This document shows, piece by piece, positions 38,382 to 52,530 of a stretch of 64,000 nucleotides of DNA (its first letter is position 1; every line of letters begins with the position of its first letter). The position numbers and the translations under genes are program-made. Where the stretch lies: positions 45,880,001 through 45,944,000 of the forward strand of contig OX597830.1 of NCBI GenBank assembly GCA_951406725.2, in the 5' to 3' direction. Source of the stretch: Octopus vulgaris. Taxonomy: Eukaryota. The notes under the pieces are model-generated. The model was not told the origin of the DNA. It ran no database searches and was given only the letters and a program-made list of their open reading frames with translations.

Positions 38382-38914
38382 CTTTATATTCTGTGTAAAT
38401 GAAAACACAACAATGCAAATATTATTCGGTGAAAACTGTTTTTGCTTCTTACTAAATTGAAGTTCAGAATGTTTAGTTGCGAATTAACATCTTCAAAAGG
38501 TTTTTGGAATTAGCATTATCACCACATAATCTGTTGTGGATTAATCCTGGTGGTTTTATCTTATTAGGGTAAATAGTAACTTGAAACATGTTAATCTGTC
38601 CTGGATGATTAAACTACAGGAATTCAACATGTATGTGTGTGTGTGTGTTTATTGCCATGTACAGTCTAACACTCACAGCAACCACATAAAAACACCAACT
38701 ATAATAATAATAATAATAATATGTTTATTAAGTAATATTGTGCATTAAGGTCCGTAATGGACTTAGCTGATGTTTGTTGCTTGTTTTTAATTTAGATTTG
38801 GTTTAAATTCATATTGATGAAATAATTAGCATCACTTAATTAATGCTGCAATGAACTAACTGGATAGAGTGGATAAGAACCACTTTGAAAAACCACAAAA
38901 GCAGAAATTGGAGA

Positions 38915-38952
<38 letters not shown>

Positions 38953-39549
38953 GAGAGAGAGAAAGTGTGAGAGAGAGAGAGAAGGTGAAGGTGAGAGATA
39001 GAAGGTGAGGGTGAGAGAGAGATGAAAATGCTGGAGTGTATAAGTAAAAATCTCAAATTCAAATTTCACAAATAAGTTTTGGTCATTGACAAGTCACAAA
39101 AAACCCATTATTTTCCCACTTTTAACGTTCAGTTGTTCGTTGGGCTGGAAATGGGTATTTAACTTCTTCTGCCTTTAATCTGAGTTTATAGAACCAATCA
39201 TAAAATCATATGGAAATTATCATTGTTTATACTAAGAGCAGCTTACATGCTGGGACATGGTAGAAGAACTTCTACCAAGTCCCAGAAAACAGAGCATTGC
39301 TTTCATTTGTGAGACAGAAAAATTGGTAATCTGTGGAAATGTCTAGATTAATTTCAGAGATACAAGTTTGAAATTCTTACACCTTGGTTAAAGGGTCAAA
39401 CTAAAATAAGCATGATGAAATGCAGTGAGAGACACTGTTAAGTATGAAATATTAATTGAAGGGTTAGTATGTAAGTGTAGATAAGTTGCAAACTTGCAGC
39501 TGCTGCGGTAATAAAGAACTGGTAGTAGGAAGGTAGTAGAACTGGTAGT

Positions 39550-39785
39550 AGAAGACGGCGAGCTGGCAGAAACGTTAGCATGCTGGGTGAAATGCGTAGC
39601 TGTATTTCATCTGTCGTTACGTTCCGAGTTCAAATTCCGCCGAGGTCGACTTTGCCTGTCATCCTTTTGGGGTCGATTAAATAAGTACCAGTTACGCACT
39701 GGGGTCGATGTAATCGACTTCATCCGTTTGTCTGTACTTGTTTGTCCCCTCTCTGTTTAGCCCCTTGTGGGTAGTAAAGAAATAG
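39550..39785 (+). mobile_element. tRNA-derived SINE, family A, well-preserved copy
   Basis: B-box GAGTTCAAATTCC. GGTAGTAGGAAGGTA occurs on both sides (39521-39535 and 39785-39799). Other copies near 14980, 27235, 44950 and 48915. Confidence 0.9.
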
Positions 39786-41142
39786 GTAGTAGGAAGGTAA
39801 ATGTGCAAAATAAGATGATGTCGGTGTTATGATATTAAAATGAAAATGGAAACAGTTGCGAAAGGCAAGACGAGGGAAATGGTAAGAGCAACGGAGAAAG
39901 TGGTTATGAATTGCATTGGGAATGTTGTGGTTTGTGCGGACATGAATTTCGGGTGTTGTTCGTCAATGCATGGATGCTCTGTCGCATAGATTGGATAGGG
40001 AAAGGGTTAATGAGAGAGCAATTGGATGAATTGCTTAGCTTTGTTTAGTGGTGCTTGTGGGGCAGAAGCTGCCGTTGATGCTGCATGTGAGTGTAGGAAT
40101 GGTTATAGGTAAGTTGGATTAGATTCACCTCACCTTCATTTTTGTTGGCCCTCTGACAATGCAGCAGCGTGATCACTCACTCCCATGCTGTGCATGCTTG
40201 CTGCCGACCGTGCAAGTCTTATCCAGCCGGTGCCTACCTGACAACCAGACCGATCCTCTCTCTCTCTCTCTGTCTTCTTTCCTTCCCAGTTGGCCCGAGG
40301 CTATGGTTGAAAACACTTACTGGTGAACAGGGCAGGGAGAGGAACTGGACAATTCACAAGATCTGATTTTTTACCTAAAGAAAAAAAATGGATATTCTTC
40401 CCAACCAGACGGTCCCTTTAGTTTGACTGATTAAAGTTGTTTGACATTTAATCTTTTAGTGTAGCATGTTTTCTGTTGAAAATCCAGCAGACCTGTGGCC
40501 AAAGTCATTCCATACTTGACCTCTCTCATTTATTCTACATACAGGCTGACATTAACAAGTGTTTCCGTCCATTTTTGAATCCGAGGGCTGTGATTTTTCA
40601 GGAGGATTTGACTCGTAGGAAACTGAGTGGTCACACTGGAACGTCAGTATTGACTCGTTCAAGGATGGTTACAGAATAATTTAAAAAAAAAACACAATTT
40701 CATTTGCAGAAATGATTCAAGATTTATGATTTAGAGATAATCCTGATGCACCCACAACTGCCAACAATCTGCAAAGATGTTCTCATTACTTTAAATATAA
40801 ATAGTTTTGAATTATTCTTTCTTGGTTGAAGTTGTTTGTCATCGTTCAATGGAACATCTGTTTGGTGGCAAATCTTTGAATCCAGATGTCTAAGAAAAGA
40901 TGACAGGAAGGAAAACTTGAAAAATAGAAATAAATATAAAAATAATAAAAAAACAGAAAGATTGAAGAAAAAACTTTATTAATGGCTACAGTTATAAAAT
41001 ATTTCCAAAAGAGAAGAACACCAAGGTAAAAAGAAATATAAACTGGAGACTGATACAACATCAGTGTCTAACAGGGAGAACCTATTGTTTTTTAGTATTT
41101 CATGGAGTTGGCAACAAAGGAGATGGTTGGAATAATAGACTC

Positions 41143-41194
<52 letters not shown>

Positions 41195-42410
41195 TGTATA
41201 TATTTATACAGTCTTTCCGCTCCATAAGTTTACTTTGACTTAGTTCTTTCGATGATGCAGTAAGTTCTCGGGAAGCCAAGTTTACAACTGAGATTCAGTT
41301 CCCAGTTGAATCGAATTTAATCAGTCACTTAAAGCTCTGAGAAATGCATGAATGTCACATGATCTCACTCCTCCCTCCCTGTATAAGTGGGACTTTATTC
41401 TTGACAAAGAAATCAATATTTCACAGAAGGTTTTCATGGGTGAATGGTTAAAATAAATCAATAATCCATTATTTCTGAGAAAGATAAAAACATTTCCAAG
41501 AAAATACTTGTTAATGTAACTGAAGAAGATATAAAACTAAAAACTAAGTCTTCATATTGAACTAAACACTGATAGCCGTTGGTATCAAAGTGTTATATAT
41601 TGATTAGCAAAGAGATGACAATATTTACAAGTTTACTGTGACTTGTCTGCCAGTTGGCACTATAAGATTGTTCTACATATTTCTAGATTTCGGTTGATGT
41701 AATTGGTTTGTGCCAACAATAGAATTTATTTGACCTTATTTCTATTTATGGATCATAAAACTATAAATCTTATATAAAAAAAAATGGCCAAAAATCAGCA
41801 AAAACAAAAGTATACTTTCAATAAAATGCTAATTATAGCCAAGAACTTTTAGAGAAAAATCTGATAAGCTTTTATCTGAAAGAAGGTAAATATGGAAGAG
41901 AATTATTTTTTTACTGAATAAAGGTTCAAAGAGTTTTGATGATAAAATTTAAAAAATGAATGATAAAAATAGAAGGTATTCAAAAAGATGAAATTTTGGA
42001 GTTGGAAAACAACTTTGGTTGCTTTCGTCCTGTGATGTGTGATACATTGATTATGATGAATGGTGTATGTCAAGAAATTAGTTCCCTGATTAACCGTGAC
42101 ATTTTTGCTTGGTTTGAATACCCCCATGCTAGCATGGAAACCGGATGTTAAATGATGATGATGATGATGTACAGTGAATGATTTACGCATACAAACTGAT
42201 ACTTTTATGAGGATTTCCACACTAAACAAAGAGAGAATTTGGCATTAAAGAACAGTGGAATCAACAGGAAGATATATTATATCAAGAATACAATATTTAA
42301 AAATAAATTAGGTAAACGTTTTCCAAATCTTGCACTGAAACGCCTCCCATGAACAATCCCCTCCCCTGAGCATCAGGACTGACACCATAATAGAAGATAC
42401 TATAATTCAT

Positions 42411-42447
<37 letters not shown>

Positions 42448-42995
42448 TGCAGTACCAGGCAGTGGCTCTCATAGCTTCTTGTCTTAACTGATTGGAAGTG
42501 TTATCATGTACATTGTTTTGTCTTGGTATAAAAGATGGGCTACAGCAAATATTCTGCTCAATACCACAGATTTGCTTGTCAGTTGTTTGACCTTAACCAG
42601 TTGAGCATGTCCCTTGGTGGCTGACGATATGTGGATCTCTGATCTCGAGCAGAAGTAGTATGGGAGCATTATAGCCATGTGTTGAGAGGGATTCTTTGGG
42701 GTTTGAATTATTCACCTCTGGAAACATGGGTGTTTTGTTCAACATCCTTAAACAACCCTTATTCAGGGACCTTTTGAGCAGGATGGGTTACTCGACCAGA
42801 AGAAAATTCTAACTGGGCCCCACCTGCAAGATCATGCGCTGTTTATTTTGATATAAGATCACCATGTCGCGCACACATTGTTGTGATGCATGTGCCTAGT
42901 GTACCCTTATCAGACGGGTAGTCATGATGGGTATACTGGGCTTTGTATATTTTTACCCCAGTGTCACTTTGATGGCATGCACTGCTCTCTCACTC

Positions 42996-43037
<42 letters not shown>

Positions 43038-43039
43038 TA

Positions 43040-44262
43040 TGCTGGGAGAGTAGGAACAACTCGGTGAGGAAATGGGAAATTATTTGGTTCACCCCTCCTT
43101 TTTCCATCCAAGACAGAAACCTCCCTAAATTATTTTTTAAGATTTTTGACTGGAATTTCTCATTAGGCCATAAATCTCATTCCATCTTTAATAGGTCCTG
43201 CCTTAAATTATCAATGCCCAATTTAGGATCTATAATTGCGGCCAATAATAGATTTAAATTTAGAAATAATAGTGTTGATAGAAATGACAATATAGCTGAC
43301 CTTAATATGAAGAACAATAAGAATCCTGATATTAAAAATATAAAAACGAAACATGGAAATAAAACCTGTGATTGCCATAATCAGGAGTTGTGTCCCTTAA
43401 AGGGATTCAGTTTAAGGAAAAATGTCATATATAAGGTTGAGGTTTCAACCCTTAGTGAATTAAAAAAGATTTACATAGGAAATACAACTGATTTTAAGAT
43501 TAGATATAGGGCACGCACAAATTCATTTATTAATCAAGAAACAAAAAATTCAACTGCACTGGCAACCCACATTAATGCATTAAAAATACACAACAAAGAA
43601 TTCAGCCTAGATTGGTCTATTATAAAGGAAACCACACCACACAATATACACAGCAGAAACTGTAAATTATGTACAAAAGAAGTGATCTACATACTCTGTG
43701 CTGACAAAATAATTTTACTTAATAAGATCTCGGATGTCATTATTCTTTGTGGACATAAATATTTATCAACTTTTAAAGTTTTTACCCCTGTTTACCCTTT
43801 GTGTATTTGGATTCATCTTAAAACATTATTATCTTTAGCTTCATAATTTATTTAAACATGTAATTTTAGCTCTTATTATATCATTCGCCTGAACAGTATG
43901 TTCTCACACAGCATTCACTTTTTTAAAATTCCTAAATTTCTCATGTTGCTTAAAACTTCAAGATTTAAATAACTCTTTTATAAATCCTTTAGATTAACTC
44001 TGATGAGAGAAATATAGATGATTGTTATGGTTGGAATTGACTCACCCATACCAACCTATATCTTCTCGAAATGGCCGTCAGACTTTGCATCTGCTCAAGA
44101 GATTCCTTTTAAAATCATTTTATACCAACATTCTCATCTATTTGGATTTCCGCTATACATTCTGCATATTTTAATATCCTCATTGATTTTAATATGGACA
44201 TACAACATCGCAAGTACATTTATGTATTCTTATATATTTATATATTTATGAATTTTTGTATT
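43040..44262 (+). mobile_element. 5'-truncated Penelope-like element: GIY-YIG endonuclease region (ORF 43064-43846) plus 3' hammerhead
   Basis: IIWFTPPFS, CDC..CPL, NVIYKV..IYIGNTTDFKIRY, STALA.HI..LK, C.LC..E and LLNK motifs. Hammerhead core at 44000-44079. Confidence 0.85.
43996..44084 (+). ncRNA. Type I hammerhead ribozyme-like motif with intact catalytic core
   Basis: CTGATGA (44000-44006), stem II GAGAA-ATATAG...CTATAT-C-TTCTC, GAAA (44068-44071), near-palindromic stem III ATGGCCGT and GTC cleavage triplet (44077-44079). Stem I is weak. Confidence 0.65.
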
Positions 44263-46142
44263 ATATCTTGTGTATATGAATGCACCTATGTGTGCTGTGG
44301 AGTATTCCAACACTTTGAAATATATTGAGTGAATATGAACACTGACCTTTGAAATTTGTTCTCTCTTTCTTGGTTTTTATGTGTGTGTATATATATATAT
44401 ATATACAGACACGTATATATATAATATATGATAGGCTTTGTTCAGTTTCGATCTTCCAAATCCACTCAGAAGGCTCTTTTTGGCCCGAGGCTATAGTAGA
44501 AGACACATGCCCAAGGTACCACACAGTGGAACTGAACCCAGAACCATGTGGTTGGGAAGCAAGCTTCTTACCACATGGTCAGTTTTCTGTGCCTGGCTTG
44601 TTCTGTTACAGAAAATGTTTAGTCATATTGGAAGATGTTTATAAATTCAGAGTTTTGCTTCAAAGATGTCAGTAATGATTTTTAATATTTTCACAATGCC
44701 AAGGAATGGGTTGGTGAGTGGGGGTTACAGCTGATTAAACCTACCCTAGTACTTAGCTGGGACTTCATTTATTGACCTTGGAAAAATGAAATGCAAAGTT
44801 GACTTCAGTCAGGTTGAAACTCAGTACATTTATGGAACAAAATTAAAACACTCTTAGACATTCCACCGTTTCTTCTCCTCTGCTGAACTTCACCATTGTC
44901 AGCAACAGCCATGAATAATGCAAGAGAAAACTCTAATAACAGAAAGTTATGATTAACAGGAAGCAATGCCATATTACAGTTTCAAGTTTTGGCACAAGAC
45001 CAGCAATTTCCATGGAGTAGGTTGATTCCATCAACCCCTGTGCACAACTGGATCTCATTTTAGTGACCCTGACAGAATGATAGGAAAAATCGACTTTGAC
45101 GGAATTTGAACTCAGAACTATTGACAGAGTGTTTGTATTGGACAGAATAGAATAAGAGAACAAATTGTAAGGATTTCTGGGATCCATAATCACAAATTAT
45201 TAGCAAGCTTTACTCGAGACTGCAGAATTGGCAGATCAGAGAAAACCTTTAAGGAATTACTGAAATTTGTGCAATATAATGGTTGAACTCTAATACCGAA
45301 TATCCAGATTCTTGGTATGAACTTTGTGTCATAGTGCCAAGGGGGAAATGGAGATTAATCTTTTAATCATTCTAACCTCAGATGGTAAAAGTGGAAAAGT
45401 CACAGAGTTGCTACAGACTGATATTCCAGTTATTCTGGTCACTATACCTACCAAACTGTTATAGTTTGACTGATAAAGTCACATCAATGTCATGAAATCA
45501 ATTTTCTGAGACATGGAATCCTATAAGAATTGTTTTCAAAGAATGGCCCACATATCTCAGCCTCTAGACCAAAAAAAGTCTGTTTTTTTTTTTATAACTA
45601 AATAAATGAATTTTTAAATGTTTTGCAAATCTTTGTGGACATAAATATTTATCAACTTTTAAATTTCAATCTAAGAAATAGATTTTGAAAGTTTCTCACA
45701 AATTTGTAGCTTTTCAATATCTAATGACTCAGCTGAAAACTTAGTCAAACAAAATGAGAAAAAAGTGTAAAATTGCCATAAAAGTTTGTTATACAGATGA
45801 TTAGTCACTTGGAATGGTATTTGATGAAGTCATATTTTGATGGGAAAATATTTGGCCTAAAAATTCTTTCGGAAGAGAGACACCCATAAATACTGCAGCA
45901 TCCTTTTATTTAATATGGTTTATTCATAATGAGGATGACCAGTAACTCCAACCTTAAAATCATCGGAAAAACCAATTAAAATCTGCTGTAATAATACTAG
46001 GAAAAGACTGTATTTTGAAATATTAAGACAGGTTGGGGTTTCTTAACTAGTGAATAAATCTTTAAACCATTACGAAACGTCTTATTAAGTTGTCTCCCTT
46101 GATAGGTTTTTTCCTAGTATTTCTGGAAGACTTTTTTCTACA

Positions 46143-46252
<110 letters not shown>

Positions 46253-46305
46253 TTAATATTTATTTCTCTGAATGCAGGAATTGGACAGGACTTCTTCAAA
46301 ATGGT

Positions 46306-46724
46306 ACTGGATGGGGCAGAGAGGACAGACGTTTTTGAAATGGCTATTTCTCAGCCCCAGTGGGAGGGACATATGTCTGACAGGTACCATTCGGCCCATG
46401 CTGTCTTAGCATTTTCTCTTCTTTTCAGGTGAAGCCATGGCACTGTGGACGATAGAACATCGTGTGTTGACAGTTACGTATCAGACAAGTTTTAATACGG
46501 AGTCCGAATCGCTTTGGAGGCATTCCACTGAACTTGGCACTGAAATCGATCGGTAAGGTGTATTTTGCATGAAGACCTGTATTTCCACCCATACAAATTG
46601 GTCATTTGGCAATAGTTGAAACCATGGGACTATGCACAGAGCAATGTTGGAGAGAGTGGAGAACAACTTCCAAGAACACCTTCCGAAATGCATCAATGAA
46701 AACAGACACCACATGATGGATATT
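46306..46724 (+). mobile_element. Internally deleted Tc1/IS630-type DNA transposon relic
   Basis: Start MALWTIEHR and C-terminal MLERVENNFQEHLPKCINENRHHMMDI resemble the ends of Tc1-like (DUF4817-type) transposases. Confidence 0.55.
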
Positions 46725-47262
46725 GTTGCCCAGGACATCAATCGTCTGGAAGCTGTTCAGCGACGTGCAACCAAAAGAATACCCTCCATCAGGCATTTGC
46801 CATACCCTGAACGCCTTACTTCCCTGGGCATGGACGCATTGAAACTCCGACGTCTGGCAGCTGACTTGGCAGACACCCATAAAATTATCAACCATCGCAC
46901 AAACAATAACTCTGAGCACCTCTTCAAACTCCACCCATCTAACACCCGTGGACATATTTACAAAGTAAGAAAACAGCACAGCTCCCATGACTTCAGGAAA
47001 CATTTTTTCACGCTGAGAGTTGCTGAAACATGGAACAAACTGCCGGCATCGGTTGTTAGTTGTCGGAGCACTGCATCCTTCAAAACTTCCATGCTTCCTG
47101 AGATTCGCCAACACTACACTTGATTTTCTCCCCTCCATACACACACAAGCATGTTCACTTTCCAGACATTTCTACATTACTGCATGTACTTTATATGCAC
47201 TTTCTGACAAGTTGTGGTGCACCTGAGCACTGTATACAATAATTTCATTATATATTATAATT
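46725..47262 (+). mobile_element. CR1-clade LINE 3' end
   Basis: DINRLEAVQRRATKRIP..L.Y.ERL..L...L..RR...DL and TRGH..K...RKHFFT.RV...WN.LP..VV, followed by a 3' UTR and AT-rich tail. Confidence 0.9.
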
Positions 47263-47537
47263 CACCTTTCTGAGATCAGCCTCCAACGTTTCCTCCTGTG
47301 TCTTCTTTTTCTTTGCTTACCCCTTCTTTACCCATCCTTTATACAATCATATTCCTGTCAGCACTGTTTTCTCTCTTGTATATGACATCTGATTCCTCTC
47401 ATCTCAATTCAGTCAATCCTGCACATTGCATGTCCAGTGGAGTAAATTCACTTCCTTTCTTTTCCCTCTTCAGCCACTCTGCATCATCCGCATTTAATCT
47501 TCATATTTTACTAACATGTAAAACTGCTTTTCATCTT

Positions 47538-47861
47538 AATGGATTCACTGAAGCTCCAGCGTCTGGCAACGGACTTGGTAAACACCCACAAAGTTATCAA
47601 CCACCTCACCAACAACAACACTGAACACCTTTTTGATCTCCATGTGTCTAACACACGTGGACATGCCTACAAAGTCAGAAAACAACACAGCTCCCATGAC
47701 TTTCGGAAACATTTTTTCACGCTCAAAACTGCCTGCGTCAGTTGTTGACTGCCATGACACTGCATCCTTTAAGGCCCTCATGCTTTCCGAAATCCGCCGA
47801 AACTACACCTGATTATATATACACTTTAGATGAGTTGTAGTGCACCTGAGCACTGTACACA

Positions 47862-47892
<31 letters not shown>
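47538..47892 (+). mobile_element. Second CR1 3' fragment with (TTA)n tail
   Basis: Diverged homologue of 46830-47240. Confidence 0.88.
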
Positions 47893-47893
<1 letters not shown>

Positions 47894-48143
47894 GAAGTGG
47901 GGAGCTGGATGGAGGACCACTTGGCAATCCAAAGTGCTGTAAGTATCTTCCAGTTATCATGAGTATTCTGGTTTTAGAATAGATTCAGTTTGTTGCTATG
48001 AGTTGAAGGGGAGTGTGGCTAAAGAGTTCCTGATAGAATGGGCACCTATCATCCATAAAACCCTGCTTTGGAAAACCCATCCAATCATAACAGCATGATG
48101 GAAAAGTGGAGGGACAATGCTGTGACTGGTATGGCTACAGCAG

Positions 48144-48206
48144 TTGATGATGATGATGATGATAATGGTGGTGATGGTGCTGATGCCAGCTGCTGCGGCG
48201 GCGGCG

Positions 48207-48237
<31 letters not shown>

Positions 48238-48255
48238 TACTACTACTACTACTAC

Positions 48256-48299
<44 letters not shown>

Positions 48300-48300
48300 C
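48144..48300. repeat. Compound trinucleotide tract (GAT/GGT/GCG/GCA/GTA/CTA/GTA)
   Basis: Read directly from the sequence. Confidence 0.9.
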
Positions 48301-49383
48301 AACTCGTTGATAGTCAAACAGACTTACTCGAACAATCTGTCAAGAAACAATTGATAATTGCTGAAGTAAGGTTTGAACTCATGACCGTTTGGTCTGTGGT
48401 CTGGCATCTTTATGAATATCCAGTGAAATGATGGTCATGGCCAAAAAACGTTTTGATCAGGGTTAACAACAACAACAACAACATACATCTTGGTAAGTAA
48501 ATGTTTTCAATACAATTGCAAAAGCATAAAGAAGACCAACGCAGTTGATTGTAAGACATTAAGCGGAGGATTCATTAAAGAAATATTGATCTGCTTCTCA
48601 ATGCTTGATCAATGCACATTTAATCACAGACACCAGCCAATTGTGTAAAGGAATCATATTTGGCCAGTGTCAGACATGTATATGCTGTTTACACACTTGA
48701 GCTTTTGGCAAGCTGTCAAAAAAGCTGTGTGATGTTTGGCCGGCTTAGAAACCTTTTCATCACTCGATCGGGACTAATGCCATACTTTCTATGTGAAACA
48801 GTTTCAAGATGAACATATAACTGTGGAGAACAAAAACGGGCAATATTTGATGAAAGTTTGGCTCTCTTGATATTTGAAGAATCTATTCATGTTAAATGGG
48901 AGAATTGTTATCCTGCTCAGCAAAACGCTTGATGGTATTTCATCTGTCTTTATGTTCTGAGTTCAAATCCTGCCGTGGTTGACTTAGCCTTTCATCCTTT
49001 CAGGATTGATAAAATAAGTACCAGTTGAATACTGGGGTCGATGTAATTGATTTCCCCCTCCCCCAAACTTGCCAAAATTTGAAATCAGTATTTGAAGGAT
49101 GCATTCATGTTCAGCTGTTGTAATCCAACAGAACTACAACTAAAGGCATTCTGGCCATGACCATCTTTCAGACCGTTATTATGAGGAAGATTTCACCACT
49201 TCTAACGGGTTAAGTGGTGAGTGACTATGTAGGGGCTCCAACATGAACTCATTCACGGACATTTGGGGACAAAATTCCAGTTTTAATTGCAGGAATGGTT
49301 CAGGATTTAGAAGCACGTTATTCATCCTGGATTAGGGATAATCCTTTTATACCACCACTATCACGACGACGACGACCACCACC

Positions 49384-49415
<32 letters not shown>

Positions 49416-52343
49416 CAACAACGACGACGACGACAACAACAACAACAATAACAATCACACACCAACATCAAACTAATGATGAAGTCTCTATGTGGTTGCC
49501 TAACTTGCTAGAAATAATAGTGAAATCTCCCTCAAGTCATACCTTAGTTTGTTCTTTTTAATTGAAGGACATAGAATAATGTAATATAGAGAGCACAATA
49601 CCTGTAAAACTGATGATAAGATCATCAAATTTAATGTCTTTAATTACAGGTTTGCTCAATCATGGCTACCTGGAGGTAAATAACAGCAGAAACAACAGCA
49701 ACAGTTATTCCAAGGAATAGGGATACAAAATTAATTAAAATTTTTAAATGATGTTGCTCACCAATTAGAACCTAACTTGATCTCCATTTCTATCTTTTGC
49801 TGTGGATCTCTTGATTATTTTTATGGCAATGAATCATAAAGTTTACTTGAATAACTTTCACAATTTGGAATGATTATTCCTGGACACTTGAATGCTTTTA
49901 ACATTGCAACCAAATAACTGGTGCCAGGGTAAATTCATCCCCTGACCCCTGACCCCTGTCCCCAGTCCCCACCAGTAATAGATACTTTGAAAAGAGTGAT
50001 CAGTGTTGCTCTTCAGACATTTTGTCCATTCCTTTAACAATTAATATTCAAATTCTTAGAAGTTTGGTTAAAAGGCTTTGTAATATTCATTCTGGCCCTC
50101 TGTGATTTGATTTCAAATCCTGCCAAGGTCCACTTAGCTTTTCATATCTTTTCAGGGTTAATGAATCAAATATCAGTGAACCATTAGCTCCATTCTTCTT
50201 CCTCAACTTCTCTTTCTTTTTTCTCCCCCCCACCCTTTTTTTGTACCTGGATAAAATCTCCCATGTTCAAACCTGGACAAAGATGGATACCATCTCCATC
50301 ACGTTTGAATATCCAAGAGACACTGTAGCACGGCAGTTCTCTTTCTCCATTAGAAGTGGAAGGATGAAGGAAGGAAGACCACAATATACAACCTACACCA
50401 ACACTTCATACAAGAGCTAGTTTTCCACATGCCTATCTTGCAGCCTGCCAAATGAAGCACAACTCTGCTCATTCTGTATGTGCTGTCTAGATATTTGAAT
50501 GCTTTGCACGTGGCCAGCCTTTCATGTCTAATAGGCGATGTTTTCTTCTCTTACTGGAGCAGTTAAGTTCACTAGATTTCACACTGAAGACTTTGCTTTC
50601 TCCTTTTTTACATTCTCGATTAAACAGGTTCTTTCACTCGCAACATACTTGCTATAGACTTCCATCTTTTACGAAACACACTTTGCGACAGGCATTTCTT
50701 CTCCAGCCTTATTTTGCGTTTTGGTTTTTCTGATGTTAATCTTTAAGCTGAACTGTTGTTCAGCTCTGTCAAAATTATCAAACAGTTTCTGCACAGCAGT
50801 TCACCTTAAATATTCAAATGTTAGATACAGAATATAGTATATTTTGACTAAATTTAATTCTACGGCATATGAAATAATCTACTGCATGTGTGTGGGTTTA
50901 AATACAGCTTTAAAATATTTACAGCTTTAAAATATTGCTGTTATATTAAATATATCAAGATATTTGATCATGATCTATGTAAACAGATAACATAGTTTAG
51001 GGCCTAAAAGAATTGCTTTTATTAAATAAATAATTAATGCTTCATCAACAAGACTAATTAACTGATTAATTTTTTTCATTCACATTCATAATAAACAACA
51101 GAAAGAATTATTTCCTCTTATTCAAACAAAGAATCTCTGGATGAAATACCTCATGGGTCTTTTGGAATTTGAGTTCAAATATTAATGAGCTTAACTGTTC
51201 CTTCCAGGAGCAATGAAAATAAAATACCAGAGTTCCTTTGATCAACTAGATTCTCTTTCCAAACATGCATGGCTTTGTGCCAATATTAGAAATTCGAGAA
51301 TTTGTCTTTATATTTGACACAACCCTTCTAATTATTATTGGAAAAGCTTGCAAAATACAAAATCACCATTGTCTCAAGTTAATTTTAAAAAAGAAAAGCC
51401 TTTCGTTGGGGCTACTTTTGAAGAATTTGGATATATCTTTAAAAAAAAGAAAACTGCTCGCTTAACAGCATTATATAAACTTAATCTCAACTCTTTCAAT
51501 GTTTCCAAGAAATTGCTTAAATCTTAAGTCTTCCAAATTATGAAATGTCCTCTTTGAGATTAGAGATTCTAGTTTCGAAGTTGAAAAATATATCCTAAAA
51601 ATCACAGAAACAATTCAAAGTTTATGTTTAAAGGGAAATAACTTTTTTAAATCTTTTGCCTTGAATTTATTAGGAAAACTTGAGTTTTCTAACCTAATAA
51701 ATTATGCAATGTTTTCTCAGTCTTGCAAGTAAAAAGCTTGATATTCCGAGTAAAAAATCTAACTTTTAATTTTAAAAAATTGTAATTTTTTTCCTTTGGT
51801 ATAATTAACTAATTTTCCAAACTCATTCTTAATTTTGACAGGGACAACTGCATCGAGGGAAATAACTCTATGTAATTATTTCCCTTAAATCTCTTTGCGT
51901 AACCTAATTAGAAAAAGTCTGCGAGTGAACTTTTTTTGTATTACAGGCTTTCATTATGTATCGTAAATGATTCTGTTAGGTGTTCCACATTGAATCTATC
52001 TTAAAGTGTTCGAAAATACTAAGCATAATTTTTCTGTTGCTGTATTTATATCTACTTTATAGATTTTCCTTTATTTAATCATGTTTGTATATTTTCTGCT
52101 GATAGAATCTCTCTGACATACGAACTCACAAATATTTGCGCTGTTTGTTCTATTCATAAGTTTCTTGATATTCAACTGATTCTAGAAATATTTCCTCTGA
52201 TTTTCTATTTCATATTGTATGTCGTACGATTACTATAACTTATCGCGTTCTCTTACAAGAACTGGTTCTTAGCCGCTCACTCGACTTTTTTCTTCTTTTT
52301 CAGAGAAAAACGGAACACTCCATCAGCACAATCCTTCTAACGT

Positions 52344-52423
<80 letters not shown>

Positions 52424-52530
52424 CGGGGGAAGAGAGGGAGAGAGAGAGAAAAAGAGAGGGAAAGAGCGAGAGAGAAAGAGAGAGAAAGAGAAAGAGAGGG
52501 AGAGAGAGAAAGAGAGGGAAAGGGGGAGTA

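Noticed and set aside
46429-46552. Host exon with TTTTCAG acceptor, ATG and GTAAG donor
   Set aside because: It lies within the Tc1-like relic. Exonisation is possible but unsupported.
46632-47123. 163-aa ORF as a novel gene
   Set aside because: Chance in-frame fusion of a Tc1-like transposase C-terminus and a CR1 ORF2 3' fragment.
48068-48431. Homopolymer-rich ORFs (also the YI, HT, CV and SL repeat ORFs across the window)
   Set aside because: Translations of microsatellites.
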